This document shows positions 44,984 to 53,148 of a DNA stretch of 64,000 nt, in pieces. Where the stretch lies: NCBI GenBank assembly GCA_041662065.1, contig JBAZTE010000008.1, forward strand, positions 78,595 to 142,594, in the 5' to 3' direction. The first letter of the stretch is position 1. Every line of letters starts with the position of its first letter. Position numbers and translations under genes: made by a program. A model generated the notes under the pieces. That model was given only the letters and a program-made list of their open reading frames with translations. It did no database searches and had not been told where the DNA came from. Source of the DNA: Bacteroidales bacterium (GTDB lineage Bacteria; Bacteroidota; Bacteroidia; Bacteroidales; UBA12481).

Positions 44984-46216
44984 TCAGCGTATAGCATTAA
45001 ACATGGCCATAATATTCTCCGGGGGTACATTGGCCAGGATATTATGCACTTGCTGAAAAACAAATCCTCCGCCGGGAGAAAGAACCTCCACCTGTCTTTT
45101 TACGTGCTCGGATACCTGCCGGGGTGTTCCGTTTGGCAAAATCGACTGGGTATCGCAGCCGCCGCCCCAGAAAACAAGGTCTTTACCGAATTCGCGTTTA
45201 AGGCGTTCTGTCCCCATGTCGGTACAAATAAACTGAACAGGATTTATAGCATCCAATCCCGCTTCAATCATGTCGCCCAGCAAAGGATATACCCCTCCGC
45301 AACAATGCAGGCCTACTTTAATCCCGGGACAAAGCTCTTTTGCCTTGTTCCACAATAACTTATGGCGAGGCTTGAAAAACTCGCGGTAGATTTCCGGTGA
45401 AAATTGGGGACCTGTTTGTGTTCCCATATCATCACCAAAGCCGATAATATCTATATATGGGCCAACTGCGTTAAGATATTTCTCCAGGTTAGCGAGGTGG
45501 AGTTCCGTCAGTTTGTCCAGAAAAGTATGAATGCGATCGGGGGCAGACAGCAGCTGTACTAAGAAATTGTCTATCCGAAAAACAAATTGTCCATTCTCAA
45601 CCAGATTTCCTCCAAAAGTGCCATAAATGGCCCGGTCGGTACTTTCGCGTAATGCCTTTGCATGCTTCCTCCTGATCATCTGCCCCGCCCCGTCCAGTCC
45701 TGCGGGTGATGGGGGTGCTCCAAGACGAGCCCACATAACCTGTTTAAGGTAGTATTCAATCTTCTCAAAAGTATTATCTTCCTCATTATCACATAATGGA
45801 AAACAGGTCTGCTCAAAAAAGAGCATCCCCTTCTTTTGTATGCAAATAACCTGACCTTCATCACCGCGGACTACCCAACTATCGTTTTCTTTCTCCACTT
45901 CAATAAAAGCGGGTATTTTGCAGGGAGAACCATCCGGCAGATTCCAATCCTTCCAATAATCGTCGATTTTATAGTATCCATGTCCCACATTAACGACATC
46001 AGCTCCAATGATATCAAGCACGTCGTCCTCGATGCAGGCCAGTTGTTGAATAAAATCATAAACGTATAGTTTTGACGGTGGCAATCCCAGAAAACTCCGC
46101 AATTTCACATAAGCCTGTGCAGAAATACCACTTGAGCGGTGGCATCCGAAATCTATCGGAACCCTGTCAGGTTCAGAATGAGCGAAAGCGGCAAGAATTC
46201 TTTCTCTTGAGTTCAT
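44984..46216 (-). CDS. uroporphyrinogen-decarboxylase (URO-D)-family protein (MtaA/CmuA-like fold), function unknown
   Basis: The ORF-track ORF extends to 46486 and overlaps the upstream gene. The conserved N-terminus MNSRERILAAFAHSEPDRVPIDFG argues for ATG 46216. Confidence 0.65.
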   Translation of the reverse strand: MNSRERILAAFAHSEPDRVPIDFGCHRSSGISAQAYVKLRSFLGLPPSKLYVYDFIQQLACIEDDVLDIIGADVVNVGHGYYKIDDYWKDWNLPDGSPCKIPAFIEVEKENDSWVVRGDEGQVICIQKKGMLFFEQTCFPLCDNEEDNTFEKIEYYLKQVMWARLGAPPSPAGLDGAGQMIRRKHAKALRESTDRAIYGTFGGNLVENGQFVFRIDNFLVQLLSAPDRIHTFLDKLTELHLANLEKYLNAVGPYIDIIGFGDDMGTQTGPQFSPEIYREFFKPRHKLLWNKAKELCPGIKVGLHCCGGVYPLLGDMIEAGLDAINPVQFICTDMGTERLKREFGKDLVFWGGGCDTQSILPNGTPRQVSEHVKRQVEVLSPGGGFVFQQVHNILANVPPENIMAMFNAIR

Positions 46217-46370
46217 ATGGATAAACTGAAATTTAAGTGATACCTGATTTATTCTCCATTTCCTCCAAAGGTATGCTTCTGGTTTCAACAACAAAAAAAA
46301 AGTGGCGATCCTTTTGTTGCCGGAGCTCATCCAGTCTTCCTTGAAGCAAGGATCGTTCAACAAAAATGCT

Positions 46371-48407
46371 TTAATGCAATTCTTTATAACTAATGACAAC
46401 TGCAGCCGGCTTGCCGGTGATTTCAACGGATAGCCCCTTTTCCATGAGCGTTTTGCCTGACATTTTTTCGTTGCCTCCCAGGTCAAGGTTTGTTACCTGA
46501 TACTGAGCGTTTGGATTAAGATTGTGAAGGCGAAGAGTCATAGCATCTTCATTGCAGCTGTCGCGGCGAAACACCTGGATCATACCGTCACCCTGCCCGG
46601 GCCGGTCAAATTGCCATGCGATCCACTGATCGGGTTTGAGACTGTAGGCGGTCAGAGGATAATAGTCGCCCGACATGCAATCCGCAACCATTCGCCATTG
46701 ATTCACGAGTTGGCGGTACTCATCCCAATTGATGCCAGGTTTACGCACATCGACACAAATACAAAAGCTGGGGCTCATATGGCTCCTTACATAATAGGCC
46801 ATGTGTTCCTTATTTTGATACACGCCCTGTCCGTAAAATGGGAACCACGAAGACAGTCCATAGGTATGTCCCTGATTGCCGATTGCTAAGGACAGATCTC
46901 CATTAAAGTCCTGATAATCGCTACGCAGCAATGGCACCGCACGCCGCATCGTCTCCAGGTCATTTCGTCTTCCGCCGGATGCGCATGCATCAATCAACAT
47001 TCCTGGATGTCGGCGTCTTAATTCATCCCAGTAGGCCAGATAACCCTGAACATAAAGGTTTTCTGTTATGCCCTGCCGGTCAGGGGAATCATTTTTTCTC
47101 CAGTGATTCAAGGGATCAATATTATAGTCCTGACGGTATAAATCGATTCCCTGTGTGGTGATTAAAGAATCCACATGGCCGGTCACCCATTCAAGCACTT
47201 CCGGATTTCCCATATTCAACAAACAGCCATCCAGAATCCATTCCGGATGGTTTTTCGCAAGCCAGCTGTTCGGGTCACCTATCCGTTCGGGCTCAAACCA
47301 GACGATCAGCTTGGTACCGTTGGCGTGTACATAATCACTTACGGCCTTAATCCCATTTGGGAAACGGGTCTTGTCGGGTTCCCAGGTCCCGGTTTTCCCC
47401 CATTGTTCTTCGCAAGGATACCAGCCGGCATCCATCCACCAGTAATCAAGTTTGATATTCTCTCTTTTCAGTACGTCAATAAATTGCTTCTCACTAGCTT
47501 CGCTGACTTTGAGACCTGGGAAAAAGGCACCACTGCAAAAGGAGTACATCGGGATTGGAGGCCTGCCGTCAGCAATCCGGGGCAGGTTATGTGCTGTCAA
47601 CCATCGTCTCCAAAGATTTTGCGCCCGATCAACATCTGTTCCCTGCCAAAAATGTAGGGCAATCAGCGGAGCACGGATTTCCTCTCCAGGCTTAAGGTAT
47701 AAGTTTGCAAGCTCCTGACCTGCAATAGCATGTAATCCATTTTTGTCATTTCGATCGAACGAACTTGCCCATTGCCCGGGCCATCCAACCGCAAGAATTA
47801 CACCACCAGCCGGCATTTGAAGATTATAATAAGGCCAGCCACCGGGACCATTGGTGGCTCGTCCGCCACTTGGCGCAAAACTCGTTTTGGTATTTTTTTC
47901 AAGGGTTCGCCGGAAAGGTTCGTAGCCTTCGGCAACACACCAGTCACCCTTGTTTCCATGAAGTATAAACTCACCGTCGGTGTTTTTTCCGAATTGAACA
48001 TCCAGTCCCTGGATATCCTTCAGGATTGGGGTATTGGTCTTGCCTGAGTTTTTAAAATAGACGGTCCATTCAACCGCTGAAAAGTCAAAATACTCAACTG
48101 ATACACAGCGGACTTCAAGCCCGGTTTTAGGGTCTGCCCAGGCATAGGTAGTTCGGGTTCTGTTTGGATCAAGTTTTTCTGTTACGCTTTTCTTCTGCCA
48201 TGTTTTCAGAAAACCGGAAGATGGCCTTCCATCGTAAACAAATGAAAATGGTAACTCAGGGTTGGCTTGAACCAGATGTTCCTGTACCCACTTTGATTTG
48301 AGGGTCAGCTCCCCGCGAGTCGTCTTCACACCGGGTTCACCTCCGCATGATGTGAATAATACACCGCATATTAATGCGGCGAGGACTCCAAGTTTGTGTG
48401 TTTGCAT
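46371..48407 (-). CDS. lipoprotein glycoside hydrolase, GH36/alpha-galactosidase-like (678 aa)
   Basis: ORF track. It has a lipobox LFTSC. It also has KLDYWWMDAGWY and LIDACASGGRRND, matching the catalytic-region patterns of GH27/GH36-type alpha-galactosidases. Confidence 0.6.
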   Translation of the reverse strand: MQTHKLGVLAALICGVLFTSCGGEPGVKTTRGELTLKSKWVQEHLVQANPELPFSFVYDGRPSSGFLKTWQKKSVTEKLDPNRTRTTYAWADPKTGLEVRCVSVEYFDFSAVEWTVYFKNSGKTNTPILKDIQGLDVQFGKNTDGEFILHGNKGDWCVAEGYEPFRRTLEKNTKTSFAPSGGRATNGPGGWPYYNLQMPAGGVILAVGWPGQWASSFDRNDKNGLHAIAGQELANLYLKPGEEIRAPLIALHFWQGTDVDRAQNLWRRWLTAHNLPRIADGRPPIPMYSFCSGAFFPGLKVSEASEKQFIDVLKRENIKLDYWWMDAGWYPCEEQWGKTGTWEPDKTRFPNGIKAVSDYVHANGTKLIVWFEPERIGDPNSWLAKNHPEWILDGCLLNMGNPEVLEWVTGHVDSLITTQGIDLYRQDYNIDPLNHWRKNDSPDRQGITENLYVQGYLAYWDELRRRHPGMLIDACASGGRRNDLETMRRAVPLLRSDYQDFNGDLSLAIGNQGHTYGLSSWFPFYGQGVYQNKEHMAYYVRSHMSPSFCICVDVRKPGINWDEYRQLVNQWRMVADCMSGDYYPLTAYSLKPDQWIAWQFDRPGQGDGMIQVFRRDSCNEDAMTLRLHNLNPNAQYQVTNLDLGGNEKMSGKTLMEKGLSVEITGKPAAVVISYKELH

Positions 48408-48581
48408 AGTAGGGACGTGCCGATAAAAACTTCAATTGCTGCTGGTCAGAATGAATAACTATTTAAACCGTAAGGCTCAAATTTATATATAGTACGCATA
48501 ATGACCAATTTATTTGCCGGTCGATGGAGCCTGTTTTTGTAGAAACGGTATGAACCCTGGCAGTCCTTTACCTAAATGAAT

Positions 48582-48614
48582 AAACCACTTACCGTATTGA
48601 ATGGTAAGTGGTTT
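48582..48614 (-). terminator. hairpin immediately downstream of ssrA
   Basis: aaaccacttacc-gtattgaat-ggtaagtggttt forms a 12-bp perfect stem flanked by A/T runs on both sides. It lies 12 nt beyond the tmRNA 3' end. Confidence 0.6.
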
Positions 48615-48625
48615 ATTTTGATCCG

Positions 48626-49023
48626 TGGAGCTGGCGGGAATCGAACCCGCGTCCAAACAAGGAACCCATAGGGTTTCTACATGCTTATCCGAATATTGGT
48701 TTTCATGCCATGAGTGGTATCCGGCAACCGGTCATGGCCCTATCTCCTGAATTTCATCGCTGCCACGGAGCGGGGCAGAAACTATCCCTGTATTGGTCAG
48801 CACCACGGGATCCGGATGGAACAGGTCAGGACCTCCGGCGTGATGTCCCGTCCCAGCACCTGGTGCCGGGATTTATGCCTAATCTACTATTACTTCGATT
48901 AAGCGGCGAGAGCGTAATTAGATTCGCCAGTTGATGTTTTGCAAACCTGATTAACGAGTGTTTTTGCATAACTCGGCATGCTTTCCTACCAGTTCACCTT
49001 GCTGTCAAAACCAGGTCAGCCCC
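48626..49023 (-). ncRNA. ssrA: tmRNA (transfer-messenger RNA)
   Basis: On the reverse strand the 5' end reads GGGGCTGACCTGGTTTTGACAGCAAGG and the 3' end reads GGACGCGGGTTCGATTCCCGCCAGCTCCA (tRNA-Ala-like acceptor/T-arm). The internal tag reading frame GGC GAA TCT AAT TAC GCT CTC GCC GCT TAA gives GESNYALAA*. Confidence 0.92.
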
Positions 49024-49090
49024 GATAGTTAAGACTGCAAATATACAGCAAAAAATTGTATTTTCAGGGCCTTCAAATGTTAGCCCCTTC

Positions 49091-50305
49091 ATGAGACGCA
49101 TAAAAATAGGAGTTCTGCGCGAAACCAAGACCCCCCCCGACCGGAGGGTAGCCATCCCGCCTGCCTTAGCTGCTGAGATCCCCTTTCGTTTTCCTGGTAC
49201 CGAAGTCGTTGTTCAGCCAAGCCTGAATCGTTGCTTTCGGGATGAGGAGTTCGAGGCCGCCGGCATTACCCTTCAGGAGGACCTGTCGGATTGCGACTGG
49301 CTGATCGGCGTGAAAGAGGTTCATATTCCGCAACTGCTCGCCGGAAAGAAATACATGTTCTTTGCCCATGTTGCCAAACGACAATCCTATAACCGCCAGC
49401 TCCTCCGGGAAATCGTTAGTAAAAAAATCACCCTGGTTGATTATGAATACCTGAAGGATGAGAAGAATCTCCGCCTTATTGCCTTCGGCCGCTGGGCCGG
49501 AGTTGTGGGGGCCTTTAACGGATTGATGGCCTGGGGACTGAAAACAGGAAGATACAACCTGAAACCGGCACATCTTTGTCATGACCGCGCCGAAATGGAA
49601 TCCCAACTTAAAGGTCTCAGCACCGGACCCGTCCGCATATTGGTTACCGGTGGCGGCAGGGTGGCAATGGGTGCAATGGAATCACTCCGTACATCAGGCA
49701 TTCCTGAATTTTCGCCGGACGAATTTTTGGAAAACACTGAGAGATCACCGGTTTTTTGCCGCATTGATCCCTGGCATTATGCCATCCGCAAAAATGGTGA
49801 ACCATTTGATTATGATCATTTTTGCAAGAATCCAACTGAGTATAAGTCATGCTTTAACCGTTACTCCTCTTCCACAGATTTGCTGATCGGTGCCCATTTC
49901 TGGGATCCAGCATCTCCACAACTTTGGCAACCGGAGGAAATGAAAAGCCAGGATTTCAGGATCAGGGTTATTGCGGATATCAGTTGCGATATCAACGGGT
50001 CCATCCCTTCAACTATCAGGGCGACAACCATAGATGAACCTTTCTACGACTGGGACCGGCATCACCTGCAGGAACTGCCGCCATTTTCTGATGAAGAGGC
50101 TATTACCGTCATGTCGATCGATAATCTCCCTGGTGAACTGCCCAGGGATGCTTCACATGATTTTGCTGCAGTGCTGCTTGGAAAGGTTTTTCCATGTCTG
50201 CTGGGGGATGATCCCTGTCATGTGATCGACCGGGCTACCATTACCTGCGATGGCCGGCTGAATGAACATTTTAAATATCTGGAGTCGTTTATTGAAGGGG
50301 AATAA
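49091..50305 (+). CDS. alanine dehydrogenase/PNT-family NAD(P) oxidoreductase, saccharopine-dehydrogenase-like (404 aa)
   Basis: ORF track. The N-terminus MRRIKIGVLRETKTPPDRRVAIPP is typical of the AlaDH/PNT N-terminal domain, and a central GGGRVAMGA Rossmann motif is present. Confidence 0.65.
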   Translation: MRRIKIGVLRETKTPPDRRVAIPPALAAEIPFRFPGTEVVVQPSLNRCFRDEEFEAAGITLQEDLSDCDWLIGVKEVHIPQLLAGKKYMFFAHVAKRQSYNRQLLREIVSKKITLVDYEYLKDEKNLRLIAFGRWAGVVGAFNGLMAWGLKTGRYNLKPAHLCHDRAEMESQLKGLSTGPVRILVTGGGRVAMGAMESLRTSGIPEFSPDEFLENTERSPVFCRIDPWHYAIRKNGEPFDYDHFCKNPTEYKSCFNRYSSSTDLLIGAHFWDPASPQLWQPEEMKSQDFRIRVIADISCDINGSIPSTIRATTIDEPFYDWDRHHLQELPPFSDEEAITVMSIDNLPGELPRDASHDFAAVLLGKVFPCLLGDDPCHVIDRATITCDGRLNEHFKYLESFIEGE

Positions 50306-51098
50306 ATACCCCCGGAGCCCACATGATCAGATCCGGATTGCTGAAATACTCTTTGTTATAAACCAGCGGTTCCCCATTGTCCAAGCGAACGACAGAGCCA
50401 CCGGCTTCTTCAAGAATGATCTGGCCCGGTGCAGTGTCCCATTCCCAGCAAATGCCTGGTTTGGCATATATATGACCTACCCCTTCAGCCAGCAAAACAT
50501 GCTTATATGAGGATCCGGTTGGACGGATTTCCATTGACCAACCCCGGATTTTCAATTGATTGATAAATTCTTTTTCCCGATCACCGGAGTGCGAACGGCT
50601 GATTAATGCAACAATTTTTTTGGTCTTGCGGTAGTCTGAATGATGTAAGGGTAATCGTTGAAGTAGTCCGTTTGGGTTCAGTTTCCAACTCCCTTTTCCC
50701 TTTACTGCATAATAGATCAGATCTTTTGCCGGGATGGCTATAATCCCGAAAATGGGCCTGTCCCTATGCAGTAACGCCAGGTTGATGGCAAATTCATCAT
50801 TCTGGGCGATAAATTCCTTCGTCCCGTCGAGAGGATCCAATATCCACGAATATTCATTGTCTTTTCTGATGTTGAAATCATCTTTGTCACCTTCTTCACT
50901 GATGACCGGAATACCGGGAAATTCCTTCGCCAGAAAATGCGTTATGTACTGATTGGATGCCAGATCTGCTTCAGTGACCGGAGAAAGGTCCGCTTTTTCA
51001 GAGATGGAAAGTTGTGGGTCCCGGTAATAGGTCAGGAGGATTTCAGCGGCTCTTTTAATGCCGCCGATCAGGTTGTTTACCTGATTGTCATTCAGCAC
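50289..51098 (-). CDS. cysQ: 3'(2'),5'-bisphosphate nucleotidase (inositol monophosphatase family)
   Basis: ORF track. It carries the motifs ISEEGD, WILDPLDGTKEF and WEWDTAPG. Confidence 0.7.
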   Translation of the reverse strand: MLNDNQVNNLIGGIKRAAEILLTYYRDPQLSISEKADLSPVTEADLASNQYITHFLAKEFPGIPVISEEGDKDDFNIRKDNEYSWILDPLDGTKEFIAQNDEFAINLALLHRDRPIFGIIAIPAKDLIYYAVKGKGSWKLNPNGLLQRLPLHHSDYRKTKKIVALISRSHSGDREKEFINQLKIRGWSMEIRPTGSSYKHVLLAEGVGHIYAKPGICWEWDTAPGQIILEEAGGSVVRLDNGEPLVYNKEYFSNPDLIMWAPGVFIPLQ

Positions 51099-51750
51099 GA
51101 TTGAAACAGTTTTTTAAGTTCAGGATTGTTTTTTCGGGTTGCGGTGAGGTGAAAACAGTATTTCCGGCAACCAGTATATCTACTCCGCAATCAATCAGCA
51201 AGGGGGCATTCTGTTCATCAACCCCTCCATCAACTTCAATCAGAAATGCAGCACCGGCGGACTTTCTCATCAGGTTGAGCTTTCTAATCTTATCATAAAC
51301 CATCGGGATAAACTTCTGGCCGCCAAATCCGGGGTTAACCGACATGATCAGGACAAGATCCACATCAGGCAGGATATTCTCCAGCAGCGATACCGGTGTA
51401 TGCGGGTTCAAGGCGATGCCGGCCTTTATGCCGCTTTGCTTGATCACCTGAATGAGCCGGTTGACATGATTGCTGGCCTCAATATGAAACGTCAGTATGT
51501 CGGCACCCAGTTGGACGAAATGGGAGATATATTTTTCCGGGTCACGGATCATCAGATGCACGTCGAGTGGTTTTATGGCATGCCTCCGGATAGCTTCCAG
51601 CACCGGTGTACCAATGGAGAAGTTGGGAACAAAGTTCCCGTCCATGATGTCCACATGAAACCAATCGGCCTGGCTCTGGTTGACCATGCTGATATCGCGT
51701 TGAAGATTGCCGAAATCGGCAGCAAGCAGGGAGGCGGCGATGAGGTGCAT
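51088..51750 (-). CDS. rpe: ribulose-phosphate 3-epimerase
   Basis: The ORF-track ORF extends to 51834 through a heptamer-repeat region. The conserved start MHLIAASLLAADFGNL...HVDIMDGNFVPN places the ATG at 51750. It also contains MSVNPGFGGQKF. Confidence 0.9.
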   Translation of the reverse strand: MHLIAASLLAADFGNLQRDISMVNQSQADWFHVDIMDGNFVPNFSIGTPVLEAIRRHAIKPLDVHLMIRDPEKYISHFVQLGADILTFHIEASNHVNRLIQVIKQSGIKAGIALNPHTPVSLLENILPDVDLVLIMSVNPGFGGQKFIPMVYDKIRKLNLMRKSAGAAFLIEVDGGVDEQNAPLLIDCGVDILVAGNTVFTSPQPEKTILNLKNCFNRAE

Positions 51751-51798
51751 TTTTAGATAGACTTTGGGGCTATGAGACGTTAAGGCTATGAGACTTTG

Positions 51799-51840
51799 AG
51801 ACGATAGACGATAGACGATAGACGAAAGACGCAAGACGTT
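51799..51840. repeat. tandem heptamer array AGACGAT x6 (3 perfect, 3 degenerate)
   Basis: The array reads agacgat agacgat agacgat agacgaa agacgca agacgtt. It is preceded by a duplicated ggctatgagac (51767-51777 and 51784-51794). It lies 49-90 nt upstream of the rpe start. Confidence 0.85.
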
Positions 51841-51884
51841 CGTACAAACTTACAAAGTACCGTTCACATCTCAAAATCGGAGAA

Positions 51885-52015
51885 GTGTCATCCCCGCGAA
51901 GGCGGGGACCCCGTCACCCTGGTAGGATCTCCGCAGGCGGGGACCCCGTCACCCTGGTAGGATCTCCGCAGGCGGGGACCCCGTCACACTGGTAGGATTT
52001 CCGCAGGCGGGGACC
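51885..52015. repeat. array of GC-rich hairpins: 35-nt unit ggcggggaccccgtcaccctggtaggatctccgca x3.3
   Basis: The units are 51901-51935, 51936-51970 and 51971-52005 (2 mismatches), plus a partial unit at 52006-52015. They are preceded by the hairpin tccccgc-gaa-ggcgggga. Unit junctions form ggatctccgc/gcggggacc stems. The array lies between the rpoD stop and the rpe start. Confidence 0.85.
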
Positions 52016-52045
52016 GCTACGCTCAACACTGAGATACAAGCGTCT

Positions 52046-52909
52046 CTACCCCAGATAATTCCTCAGAATCCGGTTCCTCGTCGTGCTCTTCAGCTTCTGT
52101 ATTGATTTTTCCTTGATCTGGCGGACCCGTTCCCTGGTCAGGTTGAATTTCTCACCGATCTCATCCAGGGAATGCGGTGTTATCCCATGTAACCCGTAAA
52201 ATAGACGGATAATCTCTGCTTCCCGCTCTCCGATATGCTTCAGTGCCCTTTCGATCTCCAGGTCAAGCGAGGTTTTCATCAGGTTATCTTCCGGACTCAG
52301 GGCATCGGCGTTCAGGAGCACATCGTAAAGATTGCTCTCGTCATTCGGTGAGAGCGGGGCATCCATGGAAACATGCCGCCCATGATTATTCAAGTATCTC
52401 TGGATATCCTCCTGGTCGATTTCCATTGTTTCGGCAATTTCATCTTCCGAGGGCATTCGCCCGAGATTTTGCTCCATTTTTGAGATCGCCCGGTTCAGTT
52501 TGTTCATTAACCCTATCTTGTTGAGGGGTAACCTCACCAGCCTCGATTGCTCGGCAATGGCCTGAAGAATCGATTGCCTGATCCACCATACCGCATAGGA
52601 TATAAACTTGAATCCCTTGGTTTCATCAAATCTTTCAGCAGCCTTGATCAGTCCGATATTTCCTTCATTGATCAGATCAGGAAGTGTAAGGCCCTGATTT
52701 TGATATTGTTTGCTCACAGAAACTACAAATCGAAGATTGGCAAGGATCAACCTCTCCATCGCCTTGGGGTCACCTTCATGAATCCGGCGAGCCAATTCAA
52801 CCTCCTCTGTAGGATTGATGAGATCCCTGCGGCTAATCTCCTGCAGGTATTTGTCCAACGAGGGGAGATCCCGATTGGTCACCTGCCTGGTGATTTTTAA
52901 TTGTCGCAT
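52046..52909 (-). CDS. rpoD: primary RNA polymerase sigma factor (Bacteroidota sigma-A, 287 aa)
   Basis: ORF track. Regions 2-4 are recognisable: LRFVVSVSKQYQNQGLTLPDLINEGNIGLIKAAERFD, FISYAVWWIRQSI and LDEIGEKFNLTRERVRQIKEKSI. Confidence 0.9.
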   Translation of the reverse strand: MRQLKITRQVTNRDLPSLDKYLQEISRRDLINPTEEVELARRIHEGDPKAMERLILANLRFVVSVSKQYQNQGLTLPDLINEGNIGLIKAAERFDETKGFKFISYAVWWIRQSILQAIAEQSRLVRLPLNKIGLMNKLNRAISKMEQNLGRMPSEDEIAETMEIDQEDIQRYLNNHGRHVSMDAPLSPNDESNLYDVLLNADALSPEDNLMKTSLDLEIERALKHIGEREAEIIRLFYGLHGITPHSLDEIGEKFNLTRERVRQIKEKSIQKLKSTTRNRILRNYLG

Positions 52910-53148
52910 GGTGTCAGGTGGTTAGTTCTTCTTACTGTTTAATCTTTACGGTAACGAATTATAAATGTTGCATATGGTAACTAAAAACACCTGTTTTTTT
53001 TATTGTTGTAAAAAAATTCATAATTTTGTACCGGTTACAATAATCCATTGACAGGTAACCAACGGAGTTAGTCGGATAATTCGTTTGAAGAATCTTGAAA
53101 ATTTCCCCGAACCAATTTTTGATGTGGTTAATTACAAAAGGATAATTT

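Noticed and set aside
48408-48625. Integrase/att evidence for a mobile island at ssrA
   Set aside because: No integrase, excisionase or duplicated ssrA 3' segment is visible in the window, so I do not call a mobile element. I only note the boundary coincidence in the findings.
48608-48934. 108-aa ORF on the plus strand (MVYFDPWSWRESNPRPNKEP...), and the nested 62-aa ORF 48714-48902
   Set aside because: It lies entirely antisense within the tmRNA gene. The WRESNPRP peptide is the usual translation of a tRNA-like T-arm, not a protein gene.
51901-52015. Possible CRISPR array (35-nt direct repeats)
   Set aside because: The repeats abut each other with no spacers, there are only ~3 copies, and no cas genes are present. 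It is a tandem hairpin repeat, not a CRISPR.
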